Position numbers and translations under genes: made by a program. 37,000 nucleotides of DNA from an uncultured Verrucomicrobiales bacterium (GTDB lineage: Bacteria > Verrucomicrobiota > Verrucomicrobiia > Verrucomicrobiales > DEV007): NCBI GenBank assembly GCA_938091905.1, contig CALKOM010000033.1, forward strand, positions 1 through 37,000, read 5' to 3'. Shown in pieces: positions 10,333 to 20,358 of this stretch. Position 1 is the stretch's first letter. Every line of letters starts with the position of its first letter. The notes beneath the pieces were generated by a model, which was not told the DNA's origin, did no database searches, and worked only from the letters and a program-made list of their open reading frames with translations.

Positions 10333-11184
10333 ATGAAAGTAGGATTCAATCTGTTGTTGTGGTCGACGCATTTCGTCGAGAATGAATTTCCAATCCTGGA
10401 GAAACTGAAAGCCACTGGTTACGACGGCGTTGAGGTGCCCATCTTTGACACCTCGGATCTGGGACATTTTGAGAAGATTGGGCAGGCTCTGCAAGACCAT
10501 GGACTCAAGGCGACGGCGGTAACTGTGGTGCCCGACGAGGCCCACAGCCCGATCAGCGCAGACACAGCTCACCGCGCAGGAGCCATCGATCACCTCCGGC
10601 GAGTGATTGATTGCGGCCAAGCCTTTGGTGCCGAGGCCCTGTGTGGACCATACTATCAGCCTCTGGGAGAGTTCACTGGCGACGGAGCGACCGAAGACGA
10701 GCTCAGCCATGGAGCTGAAGTTCATCGTGAGCTGGCCGCTTATGCTGAAAAAGCCGGCATTGTCTTAGCCATCGAGAGCCTCAATCGCTTCGAAGCCTAC
10801 TTTCTAAACACGATCGAACAGGCCGCTGCCTATGTGAAGCGGGTCGACCATCCGAATTTCGGAACAATGTTTGATACGTTTCACGCGAATATTGAAGAGA
10901 AGGATCCCATCGGAACCTTGGAGACAAACTTTGAAGCCATTCGTCACATTCATATTTCGGAAAACGATCGCGGCACTCCTGGCAAAGGACACGCCAAGAT
11001 CACCGAAACAATCCGCATGGCAAAACGTTTGGGCTATGATGAGTGGCTCACGATCGAAGCCTTCGGTCGAGCCCTCCCAGACCTCGCAGCAGCGACCCGC
11101 GTCTGGCGCGATTTCTTTCCAAGCCAAGAAGAGGTCTACACAGAAGGATATCGCCTCATCCGGGAAACCTGGGACCAAGACTAA
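10333..11184 (+). CDS. Sugar phosphate isomerase/epimerase (AP_endonuc_2; D-tagatose/psicose 3-epimerase-like)
   Basis: GYDGVEVP, IESLNRFE, DTFHANIEE, HIHISENDRGTPG, IEAF metal ligands. Confidence 0.88.
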   Translation: MKVGFNLLLWSTHFVENEFPILEKLKATGYDGVEVPIFDTSDLGHFEKIGQALQDHGLKATAVTVVPDEAHSPISADTAHRAGAIDHLRRVIDCGQAFGAEALCGPYYQPLGEFTGDGATEDELSHGAEVHRELAAYAEKAGIVLAIESLNRFEAYFLNTIEQAAAYVKRVDHPNFGTMFDTFHANIEEKDPIGTLETNFEAIRHIHISENDRGTPGKGHAKITETIRMAKRLGYDEWLTIEAFGRALPDLAAATRVWRDFFPSQEEVYTEGYRLIRETWDQD

Positions 11185-11212
11185 TACACAAACAACCCAC
11201 AACATTTATATT

Positions 11213-12235
11213 ATGAAACGACTCCTACTCATCTGTTGCTTCACACTCCCCACCCTGGCAATTGCCCAGGACGGCTGGCACTCCATCTTCGACGGGAAAA
11301 CTCTCGCCGGCTGGGATGGGGATCCCAAATTCTGGACTGTCGACGACGGCGCTCTCACTGGCACGACAACGAAAGAGAATCCCACGCAAGGGAACACCTT
11401 TGCCCTATGGACAGGCGGTGAGCCCGGAGATTTCGAGCTAAAACTCAAATACAAAATCGTAGGTGGTAATTCAGGCATTCAATACCGCAGCTTTAAACTT
11501 CCCAAAGGCAAGGATAGGTGGCGCATGGGCGGCTATCAGGCTGACATTGATTCTGGTGATACCTACTCAGGTATTCTTTACGGTGAGCAGTTCCGCGGAA
11601 TTCTCGCCAATCGCGGCCTCATCACCACGCTCGGCGAAGACGGTAAGCCAACGACAGTGGGAACGTTAGGTGACTCCAAGGCGATCCAAGCCCGTATCAA
11701 GAAAGAGGACTGGAATGAGTACCACATCATTGCAAAGGCAAACGTCTTCAAGCACTTCATCAACGGGGTCCAAACGTCAGAGTGCACGGACAATGACAGC
11801 GACACGCGTCGGGCAACCGGCTTGTTGGGCTTACAACTCCACGCGGGTCCTCCCATGAAGGTGCAGTTCAAAGATATCATGATTCAGCAAGCTGGGTCAA
11901 AGACTACTACTAAAGCTGGCAAACCTGCCGCGAAAGGCAAGAAAGCAACCGCTGAGGCCAAGCCAAAGAAGAAAGCGGCTCCCGCGCTGGCTAGCGAAGC
12001 CAAGGATTTCACGGTGCAAATAACACCAAACGGCGGATTCGTTCTCAGGTCTGAGCCTCTAGACGCTGACGCCATGAAAGAAGCGCTCGCAGCTCTCGCG
12101 CAGGCCAATCCAGAAGCCACCATCCGGATTCAAGCTGGGAAAGCAGCGTCCAAAGAACATGCCAAAGCCGTCCGCACCGCGGCTAAAGAAGCCGGGGTTC
12201 AATTAAGAGCACGTAATAACAAGCGTAAGCAGTAA
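11213..12235 (+). CDS. Secreted DUF1080 (3-keto-disaccharide hydrolase-like) protein with Lys/Ala linker and C-terminal ExbD/TolR-like domain
   Basis: Signal peptide MKRLLLICC…AIA; FDGKTLAGW, NSGIQYRS, GYQADI, WNEYHI, GLQLH.GPPMKVQFKDI. Start reassigned to ATG 11213. Confidence 0.85.
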   Translation: MKRLLLICCFTLPTLAIAQDGWHSIFDGKTLAGWDGDPKFWTVDDGALTGTTTKENPTQGNTFALWTGGEPGDFELKLKYKIVGGNSGIQYRSFKLPKGKDRWRMGGYQADIDSGDTYSGILYGEQFRGILANRGLITTLGEDGKPTTVGTLGDSKAIQARIKKEDWNEYHIIAKANVFKHFINGVQTSECTDNDSDTRRATGLLGLQLHAGPPMKVQFKDIMIQQAGSKTTTKAGKPAAKGKKATAEAKPKKKAAPALASEAKDFTVQITPNGGFVLRSEPLDADAMKEALAALAQANPEATIRIQAGKAASKEHAKAVRTAAKEAGVQLRARNNKRKQ

Positions 12236-12270
12236 TTTCTCCAAGACTCTGATTCTCTATTCAAACAAAT

Positions 12271-13608
12271 ATGAAGATACCTACAGAACCCATGAACCCG
12301 GCGCTCGAAGGAACGCGTCGCAAATTCCTCGGCACCTCCGCAGTAGCTGCAGGTGCCGCTGCCCTACCGGCCTCAATCTCGGCTCAGGTCGAGGGGAACA
12401 GCACCCTGAAGCTTGCTCTCGTCGGCTGCGGCGGTCGCGGTAGTGGTGCTGCAAACCAAAACCTCACGACCCAGGGCACTAAGCTGGTTGCCATGGCCGA
12501 CGTCTTCGAGGATCGGATGAATGGTGCTCTGGACTCCCTTACTAAAAGGCATGCTGACAAAGTTGAGGTGCCAGACGAGAACAAGTTCATCGGGTTCGAT
12601 GCCTATCTCAAAGCGATTGAAGTAGCCGACGTCGTCATCTTGGCAACACCTCCAGGCTTCCGCCCGATGATGTTCAAAGCTGCGATCGATGCTGGCAAGC
12701 ACGTCTTTATGGAGAAGCCGGTCTGCGTCGATGCGGCAGGCTACCGCATGGTGATGGAGGCGGCCAAGAAGGCGGACGAGAAGAATCTCAAGGTCGTCGT
12801 CGGTCTTCAGCGGCACTACCAGAAGAGCTATTTGGAAACGCTCGACCGCGTAAAGAACGGTATGATTGGTGATATCGTAAGCGCACAGATCTATTGGAAT
12901 GGCGGTGGTGTCTGGGTGCGCGACCGGCAACCAGATGATACCGAAATGCGCTATCAGTGTCGCAATTGGTACTACTTCAACTGGCTTTGCGGTGACAACA
13001 TTTGCGAGCAACACATTCATAACATTGATGTGGCAAACTGGTTCATTGGTGAAGCCATGGGCAAAGACTTTGCCCATCCTATCAGTGCTCAAGGCATGGG
13101 TGGTCGTGAAGTCCGCGACGGCGATCCCAAGTATGGTCAAATCTTTGACCACCACTTCGTGGAATTCCGCTATGAGAATGGCGTCATCGTGAATAGTCAG
13201 TGCCGTCATCAGCGTAACACTTGGTCACGCGTGTCTGAAGAAATTATCGGCACCAATGGCCGTGCCGAGCCTGGAAAGATCACTGATCGCACTGGCAAGA
13301 AAGTCATGTGGCGTCACCGTGGAAGGGATGATGAGAACCCTTACCAGGTGGAGCACAACGTCCTCCTCAAGCACATCCGCGAGGACAAGCCAATCAACAA
13401 CGCCTACTACGGTGCCACTAGCTCGATGACTTCCGTCTTCGGTCGCATGTGCACTTACTCTGGCAAGAACCTAAAGTGGGATGACGCCATCAAGTCGGAG
13501 AAATCCGACTTCCCGGACGTCCTCGCTTGGGACGCCCAGCCAAAGGTTCTTCCCGGACCTGATGGCCAGTATCCGGTGCCTGTACCAGGCGTAACAGAAG
13601 TCATCTAG
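12271..13608 (+). CDS. Tat-exported Gfo/Idh/MocA oxidoreductase
   Basis: TRRKFL Tat motif, VGCGGRGSG, ATPP.FR, HVFMEKP, EQHIHNIDV. Confidence 0.9.
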   Translation: MKIPTEPMNPALEGTRRKFLGTSAVAAGAAALPASISAQVEGNSTLKLALVGCGGRGSGAANQNLTTQGTKLVAMADVFEDRMNGALDSLTKRHADKVEVPDENKFIGFDAYLKAIEVADVVILATPPGFRPMMFKAAIDAGKHVFMEKPVCVDAAGYRMVMEAAKKADEKNLKVVVGLQRHYQKSYLETLDRVKNGMIGDIVSAQIYWNGGGVWVRDRQPDDTEMRYQCRNWYYFNWLCGDNICEQHIHNIDVANWFIGEAMGKDFAHPISAQGMGGREVRDGDPKYGQIFDHHFVEFRYENGVIVNSQCRHQRNTWSRVSEEIIGTNGRAEPGKITDRTGKKVMWRHRGRDDENPYQVEHNVLLKHIREDKPINNAYYGATSSMTSVFGRMCTYSGKNLKWDDAIKSEKSDFPDVLAWDAQPKVLPGPDGQYPVPVPGVTEVI

Positions 13609-13618
13609 GTAACCCGCT

Positions 13619-14404
13619 TTGATTACCTCGGCGCTGCTTAGCTCAGCCCTTTTTATCAACCTGACTCTTCTCTCGGGCCCCGAGTTGAAGAGTCAGGTTG
13701 ATCCTTCTGTATTCAGGCTCACCGTTCTTCACGCCAACGGTGAGCAATCGTCAGGCACGGGGTTCCTCATCTCGGAATCGGGCCTGATGGTCACAAACGA
13801 CCATGTCATCCGTGATGCTGCTCAGATGTTCGCCGAAGACGACGAACGCTCGCGAATTCCAGTCATGCCAGGTTTCTACGCCAGGAGTTCCGTGCACGAC
13901 CTCGCCCTCATTCAACTAGACTTTAGTAAGCTAGATGAACGTTTCACTGTCCCCGCGCTCACCCTTGCGACAGATACGCAACGCTTCAACGGCGGTGAAG
14001 ATGTCTATACGCTAGGCCATCCTGCAGGTGTCAAGATTGCCCAATTCACGATGGGACAGATCAATGCCGTCGAGCCAAACCCTCGCCGCCTTCGATTTGA
14101 TGCCAACATCAGTCGGGGATCCTCAGGGAGTCCTCTCTTTGACCGCGAGAATGGTGAGGTCATCGGCGTCGTCACCAGTTTTCATACGGTGGGCCAAGAG
14201 TTTAACTACGCGACGCCAGTAGAGTACCTTCACCAATTACTAACGACAGTCGATGCCAGCAGCCCTAAGCTGCATCCCTTTCGTTCCGGCTTCGCCGGTG
14301 GTGTGGCCGGTATTGGAGGCATTGCGATCAATCTGATCATCTCGCTTCTCTTCTTTCTCGCCGTTGCATTCGGTCTAAAGAAGCTACTGCGAGCCGCAGA
14401 CTAG
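13619..14404 (+). CDS. Trypsin-like (S1C) serine protease with C-terminal TM helix, no PDZ domain
   Basis: GTGF, TNDHV, DLALI, GSSGSP catalytic triad; hydrophobic C-terminus followed by KK. Confidence 0.85.
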   Translation: MITSALLSSALFINLTLLSGPELKSQVDPSVFRLTVLHANGEQSSGTGFLISESGLMVTNDHVIRDAAQMFAEDDERSRIPVMPGFYARSSVHDLALIQLDFSKLDERFTVPALTLATDTQRFNGGEDVYTLGHPAGVKIAQFTMGQINAVEPNPRRLRFDANISRGSSGSPLFDRENGEVIGVVTSFHTVGQEFNYATPVEYLHQLLTTVDASSPKLHPFRSGFAGGVAGIGGIAINLIISLLFFLAVAFGLKKLLRAAD

Positions 14405-14415
14405 AAGAGGGAAGA

Positions 14416-15558
14416 TCACCGTTGCCGTTCAGCACGCCACTCCCCACTCGCCACCGTCCTACCGGAGCCGTCAGCAATGGACCATTCTCCCTCCAGCTTG
14501 CCGTCCTTAGCCATGTGAGCGCGGACATCAACAATACGCTCATCCTGATAGGTCCGGTAGGTCAATGAGCCCTCACCAAAGGCAATCCTATCAAAACGCT
14601 GCTCGCCTTCATTCCCCTTGCTTTGCCCGCTTAGTTGCCCCTTCTGAATCTCAAAAACCGTTTCGAACTTGAGCTCACCTCCTTGCGGAACCACGGCAAA
14701 CGAGTGCCACTCACCAAGCAAGGGCTGCCACGCCAATTCGCGCTCGGCAACAGCGGCGTGTTGGGACAAGCGCCCGCTTAGCTTGGGTAAGAGCTCCCCT
14801 ACACACGATCGCCAATAGGCATAGTCGTGCCGCCCAGGGCTTTCTCGATACTCATAGCGAAGCCCACGCTTTGAAGCTTCATGAACCCACGAACGATGCG
14901 CCGCTAGCCAGGGGTCACCGGCGCCACATTCAATGAAGTAGGCCTGCTTTGGCGTGGGGCTGTGGGTTCGCAAGAGATGCTGCACATCCCAGAGCTTTGC
15001 ATCGGGCACCGACTGCGTGAGAAGATCCACCTGATCCTGCACCTGTGAATTCACAGCCTCACTGAAACTACCTAGCAAACCACTAATACTACCACAGACT
15101 GAAAACGTTTCAGGCCATGCCAATGTTAGCCGAAGCGCTGCGTGGCCACCCATCGAAAGGCCAAGCAATCCACGTCCGGCCGGTGTTGCAATTGTTGGAT
15201 AGGAAGAGTCGATGTGAGAAATCACATTCTTCAATAAGTAGGATTCCCAAGCCGGGCGTTTCGGAAAATTGCCAAAGAAATCCTGCTCTCCGTCGATCAT
15301 CACAAGTATAAGCGGAAGATCCTTAGCAGCTTCCTGAATACCTAGCTGCGTCCATTCCTGAGCATCGCCACTGAAGCTGTGCAGAAGATAGATGACCGGG
15401 TAGCGTTGGCCCTCCTCAAGCGTCGCCGGCAAATGGATCCAAGCCTCGGCCCTATCCTTACCGAGCGCCTGAGCAGGCACGTCAATCTGTTCAATCGCGA
15501 TTGCTGCCGTACCCGAAACGAGCAGACAGACAAGCGCCTTCCACGACCATGGCATCAC
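14416..15558 (-). CDS. Secreted alpha/beta-hydrolase esterase (FrmB/antigen-85-like) with C-terminal beta-barrel domain
   Basis: Signal peptide; YPVIYLLH, GLSMGG nucleophile, CG..D, PG.HDYAYW. Confidence 0.82.
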   Translation of the reverse strand: MMPWSWKALVCLLVSGTAAIAIEQIDVPAQALGKDRAEAWIHLPATLEEGQRYPVIYLLHSFSGDAQEWTQLGIQEAAKDLPLILVMIDGEQDFFGNFPKRPAWESYLLKNVISHIDSSYPTIATPAGRGLLGLSMGGHAALRLTLAWPETFSVCGSISGLLGSFSEAVNSQVQDQVDLLTQSVPDAKLWDVQHLLRTHSPTPKQAYFIECGAGDPWLAAHRSWVHEASKRGLRYEYRESPGRHDYAYWRSCVGELLPKLSGRLSQHAAVAERELAWQPLLGEWHSFAVVPQGGELKFETVFEIQKGQLSGQSKGNEGEQRFDRIAFGEGSLTYRTYQDERIVDVRAHMAKDGKLEGEWSIADGSGRTVASGEWRAERQR

Positions 15559-16937
15559 GACAGAGCAAGGGTGATCGCGTTGACAACTTGGGCGTCCTGC
15601 CGTGGAAAAACGGTTCGGAGATCGAGCCTAAAGAGATCCTCTGCGATGTAGCCCATGAGAGGCAATGCCTGCCGACGAAGGCGTTTGGCTAACACAGGGG
15701 CCTTGAGACCATGCGCCTTGAGATCGAGAGTTACCGAAGGAATCGCCGACTTCGGCATGGTACCACCACCGACCTGCGCTGTACTTTCTCCCAGCGACCA
15801 ATCAACGGGAAGCCCAGCCAATTCCTTGCCCATAGCTTCGCCGCGTTCTCTTAAAGAATCCACAGTCAACTGAAGCATATCTAACAAAGGCAGACTCGGA
15901 ATGGAAGACGTGGCCCGAGCATCGAGGTAGGCTTGAGCCGTGCACTCCAGGAGTGTCAGGATCAGTTTATCACACCGCAAAGCGCGAAAAAACGGCTCCT
16001 TCTTGAGCCCGGCGATAAGCTCGGCCTTGCCTGCAATCATCCCAGCTTGCGGACCACCAAAAATCTTGTCGCCACTAAAACACACAAGGTCCACACCCCG
16101 CTTGAGAATTTCATTGGCCAAGGGCTCGTGCTCAATTGGGGCTAACTGACCTGTATCCACCATGGCACCACTGCCCAGGTCTTCGACCATCGCGAGGCCA
16201 TGTTCGTGGGCCAATGCCGCCATTTCTTCTGTCGTGGGAGAATCGACAAAGCCTTCCATCCAAAAATTGCTGCGGTGCACCTTCAACAACATCGCCGTTT
16301 CTGGCCCAATAGCACGCGCATAGTCGTTTAGAGAGGTCTTGTTCGTAGCCCCGACTTCACGCAACGTCGCTCCACTCGCTTCCATAATCTCAGGCACTCG
16401 AAAGCCTCCGCCAATCTCAACGAGTTCACCCCGAGAAATCAGAACTTCCTTCTTACCGGTGTTCGCCGTGAACAGCCGAAGGATCAGGATAAGCGCCGAG
16501 GCACAGTTATTCACGACCGTAGCCGCTTCCGCATCGACTAACTGGGCAAGTAGCTGTTCGAAATAGCGCCCACGTTTGCCTCGAGCACCAGAGTCGAGAT
16601 CGATCTCCAAATTATTGTAATTAACGGCAATGTCATGCATCCGTTGAGCCGCCGCTTCCTGGATGGGAGAACGTCCCAAATTCGTGTGAATGAGCACTCC
16701 TGTCCCGTTAATGACGGCTTGAATGCGTGCACGATTGAGATGGTCGATTTCCAGCTGCACCTCACGAACAAACACCTCAAAATCGGCGACTCCCTCCTTG
16801 GCCTCTCGCTTCGCCTGAATCGCCTCACGAACGAGATTGGTAACCAGCGGCCGGGGTACAGGCTGCTCACCCAAGGCCTTGAGCACTTTTTCAACAGCAG
16901 GGAGGGCGCGGGGATTAGAAGAATTCATACTAGTCAC
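15555..16937 (-). CDS. selA: L-seryl-tRNA(Sec) selenium transferase
   Basis: INGTGVLIHTNLGRSP, VVNN, SRGELVEIGGGFRVP, EVGATNKT, KVHRSNF, DLGSG, FSGDK..GGPQAG, RALRCDK. Confidence 0.93.
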   Translation of the reverse strand: MTSMNSSNPRALPAVEKVLKALGEQPVPRPLVTNLVREAIQAKREAKEGVADFEVFVREVQLEIDHLNRARIQAVINGTGVLIHTNLGRSPIQEAAAQRMHDIAVNYNNLEIDLDSGARGKRGRYFEQLLAQLVDAEAATVVNNCASALILILRLFTANTGKKEVLISRGELVEIGGGFRVPEIMEASGATLREVGATNKTSLNDYARAIGPETAMLLKVHRSNFWMEGFVDSPTTEEMAALAHEHGLAMVEDLGSGAMVDTGQLAPIEHEPLANEILKRGVDLVCFSGDKIFGGPQAGMIAGKAELIAGLKKEPFFRALRCDKLILTLLECTAQAYLDARATSSIPSLPLLDMLQLTVDSLRERGEAMGKELAGLPVDWSLGESTAQVGGGTMPKSAIPSVTLDLKAHGLKAPVLAKRLRRQALPLMGYIAEDLFRLDLRTVFPRQDAQVVNAITLALS

Positions 16938-16945
16938 TCGTAGAG

Positions 16946-17950
16946 CTAGCTCGATTCGGGACGCGGATCGCGTTTGAGAAGCTCACTGAGAGCATCTTCA
17001 GGCGATTTATCCTGATAAAGAATAGCGTAGACTTGATCAATAATAGGCGTGCGGGCTCCCCGCGCCTGCGCCAGCTCGTAGAGATTCTTCGTGTTGGGGA
17101 TGCCTTCCACCACCATGGGCACCGATTGACCAATCTCATCGAGGGAATGCCCTTTTCCAATCATCTGCCCAACTCGATTATTCCGGCTGTGAGCGCTGTA
17201 GCAGGTAACGATGAGATCCCCCACACCACTCAACCCTTGAAAGGTTTCAGGTTGGCCACCGAGCGCCAACCCAAGACGCGCTAGTTCCGCCAGCCCACGC
17301 GTGACGAGAGCAGCTTTGGCATTGTCACCTAGACCAAGACCATCAGCAATCCCTCCGGCCAACGCGAAGACGTTCTTCACAGCCCCGCCATACTCGATAC
17401 CAACGACGTCATCACTCGTATACGTGCGAAAGAAAGGCAGTGTAAAGATCGCCTGAAGTCTGTCTGCAACCGCTTGATCATCACAGCCAATGACTGAAGC
17501 CGTCGCCATGTGGCGAGCAACTTCTTCTGCATGATTGGGTCCTGACAATACCGCCACGGGATGACCAACGAACGACTCGGCGAGAATCTCTGTCATGCGC
17601 TTGCCTGAAGAAGCCTCAATGCCTTTGGTCGCGGACACGATAGGGACATCCTCCTCTAACGAAACTGCCTCGGCGGCAGAAGCTGCCACCTCGCGAGTGG
17701 CAGCGGAAGGCGTCACCATCACCAAGATTTTAGAATCCGATAGGTCAGCAAAGTCCGTCGTCGCCGTCACATTCTTGGGGACTTCCTCGCGTGGGAGATA
17801 GCGCCGATTAACACGCTTATGATTAATCTCGTGAATCGCTTTGGCATCGCGCCCCCAGAGAAAAACCTCGTCAGCCTTCTCGGCTAACAACATGCTGATT
17901 GCGGTACCCCAACTACCCGCACCAAGGATTGACGCTTTCTTAAGTCTCAT
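16946..17950 (-). CDS. gpsA: NAD(P)H-dependent glycerol-3-phosphate dehydrogenase
   Basis: GAGSWGTA, KGIE, SGPNHA, KNV.A, GDNAKAAL.TRG, GDLIVTC.S.HSRN. Confidence 0.96.
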   Translation of the reverse strand: MRLKKASILGAGSWGTAISMLLAEKADEVFLWGRDAKAIHEINHKRVNRRYLPREEVPKNVTATTDFADLSDSKILVMVTPSAATREVAASAAEAVSLEEDVPIVSATKGIEASSGKRMTEILAESFVGHPVAVLSGPNHAEEVARHMATASVIGCDDQAVADRLQAIFTLPFFRTYTSDDVVGIEYGGAVKNVFALAGGIADGLGLGDNAKAALVTRGLAELARLGLALGGQPETFQGLSGVGDLIVTCYSAHSRNNRVGQMIGKGHSLDEIGQSVPMVVEGIPNTKNLYELAQARGARTPIIDQVYAILYQDKSPEDALSELLKRDPRPESS

Positions 17951-17962
17951 AGGAATGCTAGT

Positions 17963-18586
17963 CTACGCTTTCGGTTTCCGGGTAAATCGGTTCTCTGTTC
18001 CTGCTCGCAGTCGTGCAATGTTCGCCCGATGTCGCCAAACGGCAAGCAGTCCAATCACCACGGTAAAGATAAAGTAGGCGATGGGTCGAGTGCTACCAGG
18101 TAGAAAGGTCTGAATGCCCAGCGTGACCGGCAAAGAAACGGCAGCGAAGATGGAAGCGATCGAAACGTAGCGAGTCACAGCAAACGACAGGACCCAAGTC
18201 GCAAAGGCAAACAGCAGCGCCCAAGGAAGCAGGCCTCCAAGAACGCCAGCCGACGTCGCAATACCCTTACCGCCCTTGAATTTAAGCCAGACAGGAAAGT
18301 TATGTCCCAGAATCGCGGCCACCCCGCAAAGGATAGGAATGAGCCCATCCGATCCACTAAAGAAGTGTTTCCCAACAAGAACGGGAACAAGGCCCTTGAG
18401 CACATCCAAGGCAAAGACAATGAAGCCTAACTCTTTACCGCAAATGCGAAAAACATTTGTCGTGCCAATGTTGCCACTGCCTTCTTTGCGAATATCTATT
18501 CCCTTCAGCTTTCCCGCCAGCAGACCAAACGGCACTGAGCCAATGAGGTAGGCAAGAATAAGAGTGATGACCGGCTGATCGCTCAT
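17963..18586 (-). CDS. plsY: Glycerol-3-phosphate acyltransferase
   Basis: YLIGSVPFG, DIR..GSGNIGTTNVFR, GH.FP…FKGGKG.A, RHRANI.RL..GTE. Confidence 0.95.
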   Translation of the reverse strand: MSDQPVITLILAYLIGSVPFGLLAGKLKGIDIRKEGSGNIGTTNVFRICGKELGFIVFALDVLKGLVPVLVGKHFFSGSDGLIPILCGVAAILGHNFPVWLKFKGGKGIATSAGVLGGLLPWALLFAFATWVLSFAVTRYVSIASIFAAVSLPVTLGIQTFLPGSTRPIAYFIFTVVIGLLAVWRHRANIARLRAGTENRFTRKPKA

Positions 18587-20325
18587 GAAGACTTTACTTT
18601 GAGAGCTTCAATCACTCTTTTCGTAGTGAGACAATTCATCACGTCTTCTTTCCTCAGCCAGCCCTTGCGAGCGACCTGCACACCAAAGTACAGATGCTGA
18701 AGTCCCTCCGTATTGTGCGCATCAGGGTTAATCACCGCCTTGACGCCCTTATCGCGAGCTTGGTGCCATCTGCGCCAGTCCATGTCGAGCCGTCTTGGAT
18801 TGGCATTAATCTCAATCCACGTCCCGGTCTCCGCACACGCATCAATGATCTTATCAATGTCCAAAGCGTACGGCTCCCGGCGAAGAAGCAAACGCCCAGT
18901 CAGGTGACCTAACATCGTTACGTATGGATTCTCAACCGCCTTAAGAATGCGCGCCGTCTGATCCTTCTCCGACAGCGTGAAGACATTGTGAACGGAAGCG
19001 ACCACATAATCTAACTGAGCGAGAACCTCGTCTTCGAAGTCCAGCGTGCCATCTCTAAGAATATCGCACTCTGTCCCAGCAAATAGCGTAATCCCATCGT
19101 TCGCGTTGTTGTAGGCACGAATCGCATCGACTTGCTTAAGCAAGCGATCAGCATCAAGCCCATTCGCTTGGAAGGAACTCTTACTGTGATCAGAAATCCC
19201 AAGGTATTCCAGCCCAAGGTCCTCGGCCGCAGCCGCCATTTCCTCGAGGGTGTTCTTCCCATCACTCTCAGTCGTGTGGTTATGAAAAGTTCCACGGAGA
19301 TTCTCTAACTCGATTAGCCTGGGAAGCTCTCCCTCTTCAGCAGCGTCGACTTCGCCAGCGTTCTCTCGCAAAGCCGGTTCCACATAGTCCAAATCCAACG
19401 CCCGGTAAAGATCCTGCTCTGTGTGAATGGAGTTGAGCTTGGCTGCTTCGCGGCCTTCAATAGGTGCTAGCCGATACTCATTCAACGTGTAGCCACGATC
19501 GCGAGCTCGCCCACGAATCGCCACATTGTGCTCCTTACTGCCGGTAAAGTAATTGAGAGCAAAGGGAAACTCGGCGCTCGATACAGCGCGCAAGTCACAC
19601 TGCAATCCGCGGTCCAAATACACACTCGACTTTGTCCCACCATGGATAATGACGCTCTGCACTGCATCGCGATTCACAAAGAAGCTCATCACGTCGCTAG
19701 GCTTCTTCGTGGACACGATAAAATCGAGATCATGCACCGTCTCCTTTCCACGTCGAACACTACCTGCAGCCTCAACTTGATCGACCGCGGGGTGAGCACG
19801 CAGGTCTTCCAATACAGCTCGCACTGCTGGCATGACATCGCCTAACAAGAAACGATCTGCATGAGCTTCGCGGAACGCGATCGCTTCGAGGATCTTCGCA
19901 CAGGTCTTCTTGCCAAAGCCACTCAAGCTCGACGCCTCTCCGGACTCACATACCCGTTTGAGATCAGCAATAGAAGCGACCTCAAGCTCGTTATAGAGCG
20001 CCTTGATCTTCTTCGGGCCGACGCCAGTAATGGTAAAAAGTTCGAAGATAGTGTCCGGAAACTCCTTCTTCAGACTCTGGTGGTAATCCATCTCCCCCTC
20101 AGCGACGAGTTGGTGTATTTTTTCAGCTAACGCCTTGCCGAAGCCTTTGATGTCAGAAAGCTCGTTGTCGCGGGCCTTCTGCAGGAAATCATCACCGTAG
20201 CTGGTAATTGCATCAGCCCCATTTCTGTAGGCACGGATCTTGAAAGGGTTCTCCCCTTTCAGCTCCAGAAGAAGGGCGATCTCCTCTAAAATATCGGTGA
20301 TGTCCTCGCGCGTCATGTCAGCCAT
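18583..20325 (-). CDS. polX: DNA polymerase X with PHP exonuclease domain
   Basis: GENPFKIRAY, GVGPKK, GSVRR..ETVHDLD, CDLR, YFTGSKEHN; PHP motifs HNHT..SDG, SDHS, H.TGR, PDAH. Confidence 0.93.
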   Translation of the reverse strand: MADMTREDITDILEEIALLLELKGENPFKIRAYRNGADAITSYGDDFLQKARDNELSDIKGFGKALAEKIHQLVAEGEMDYHQSLKKEFPDTIFELFTITGVGPKKIKALYNELEVASIADLKRVCESGEASSLSGFGKKTCAKILEAIAFREAHADRFLLGDVMPAVRAVLEDLRAHPAVDQVEAAGSVRRGKETVHDLDFIVSTKKPSDVMSFFVNRDAVQSVIIHGGTKSSVYLDRGLQCDLRAVSSAEFPFALNYFTGSKEHNVAIRGRARDRGYTLNEYRLAPIEGREAAKLNSIHTEQDLYRALDLDYVEPALRENAGEVDAAEEGELPRLIELENLRGTFHNHTTESDGKNTLEEMAAAAEDLGLEYLGISDHSKSSFQANGLDADRLLKQVDAIRAYNNANDGITLFAGTECDILRDGTLDFEDEVLAQLDYVVASVHNVFTLSEKDQTARILKAVENPYVTMLGHLTGRLLLRREPYALDIDKIIDACAETGTWIEINANPRRLDMDWRRWHQARDKGVKAVINPDAHNTEGLQHLYFGVQVARKGWLRKEDVMNCLTTKRVIEALKVKSS

Positions 20326-20358
20326 TCTTTAGGCCAGAGGCTGAAATCAGGCAACGGT

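Noticed and set aside
10871..11212. N-terminal extension of the 454-aa ORF
   Set aside because: It overlaps the epimerase gene; a signal peptide and A/C-rich leader support ATG 11213
18583..20325. Catalytically dead PolX
   Set aside because: The DxD plus third Asp and the PHP metal ligands all appear intact
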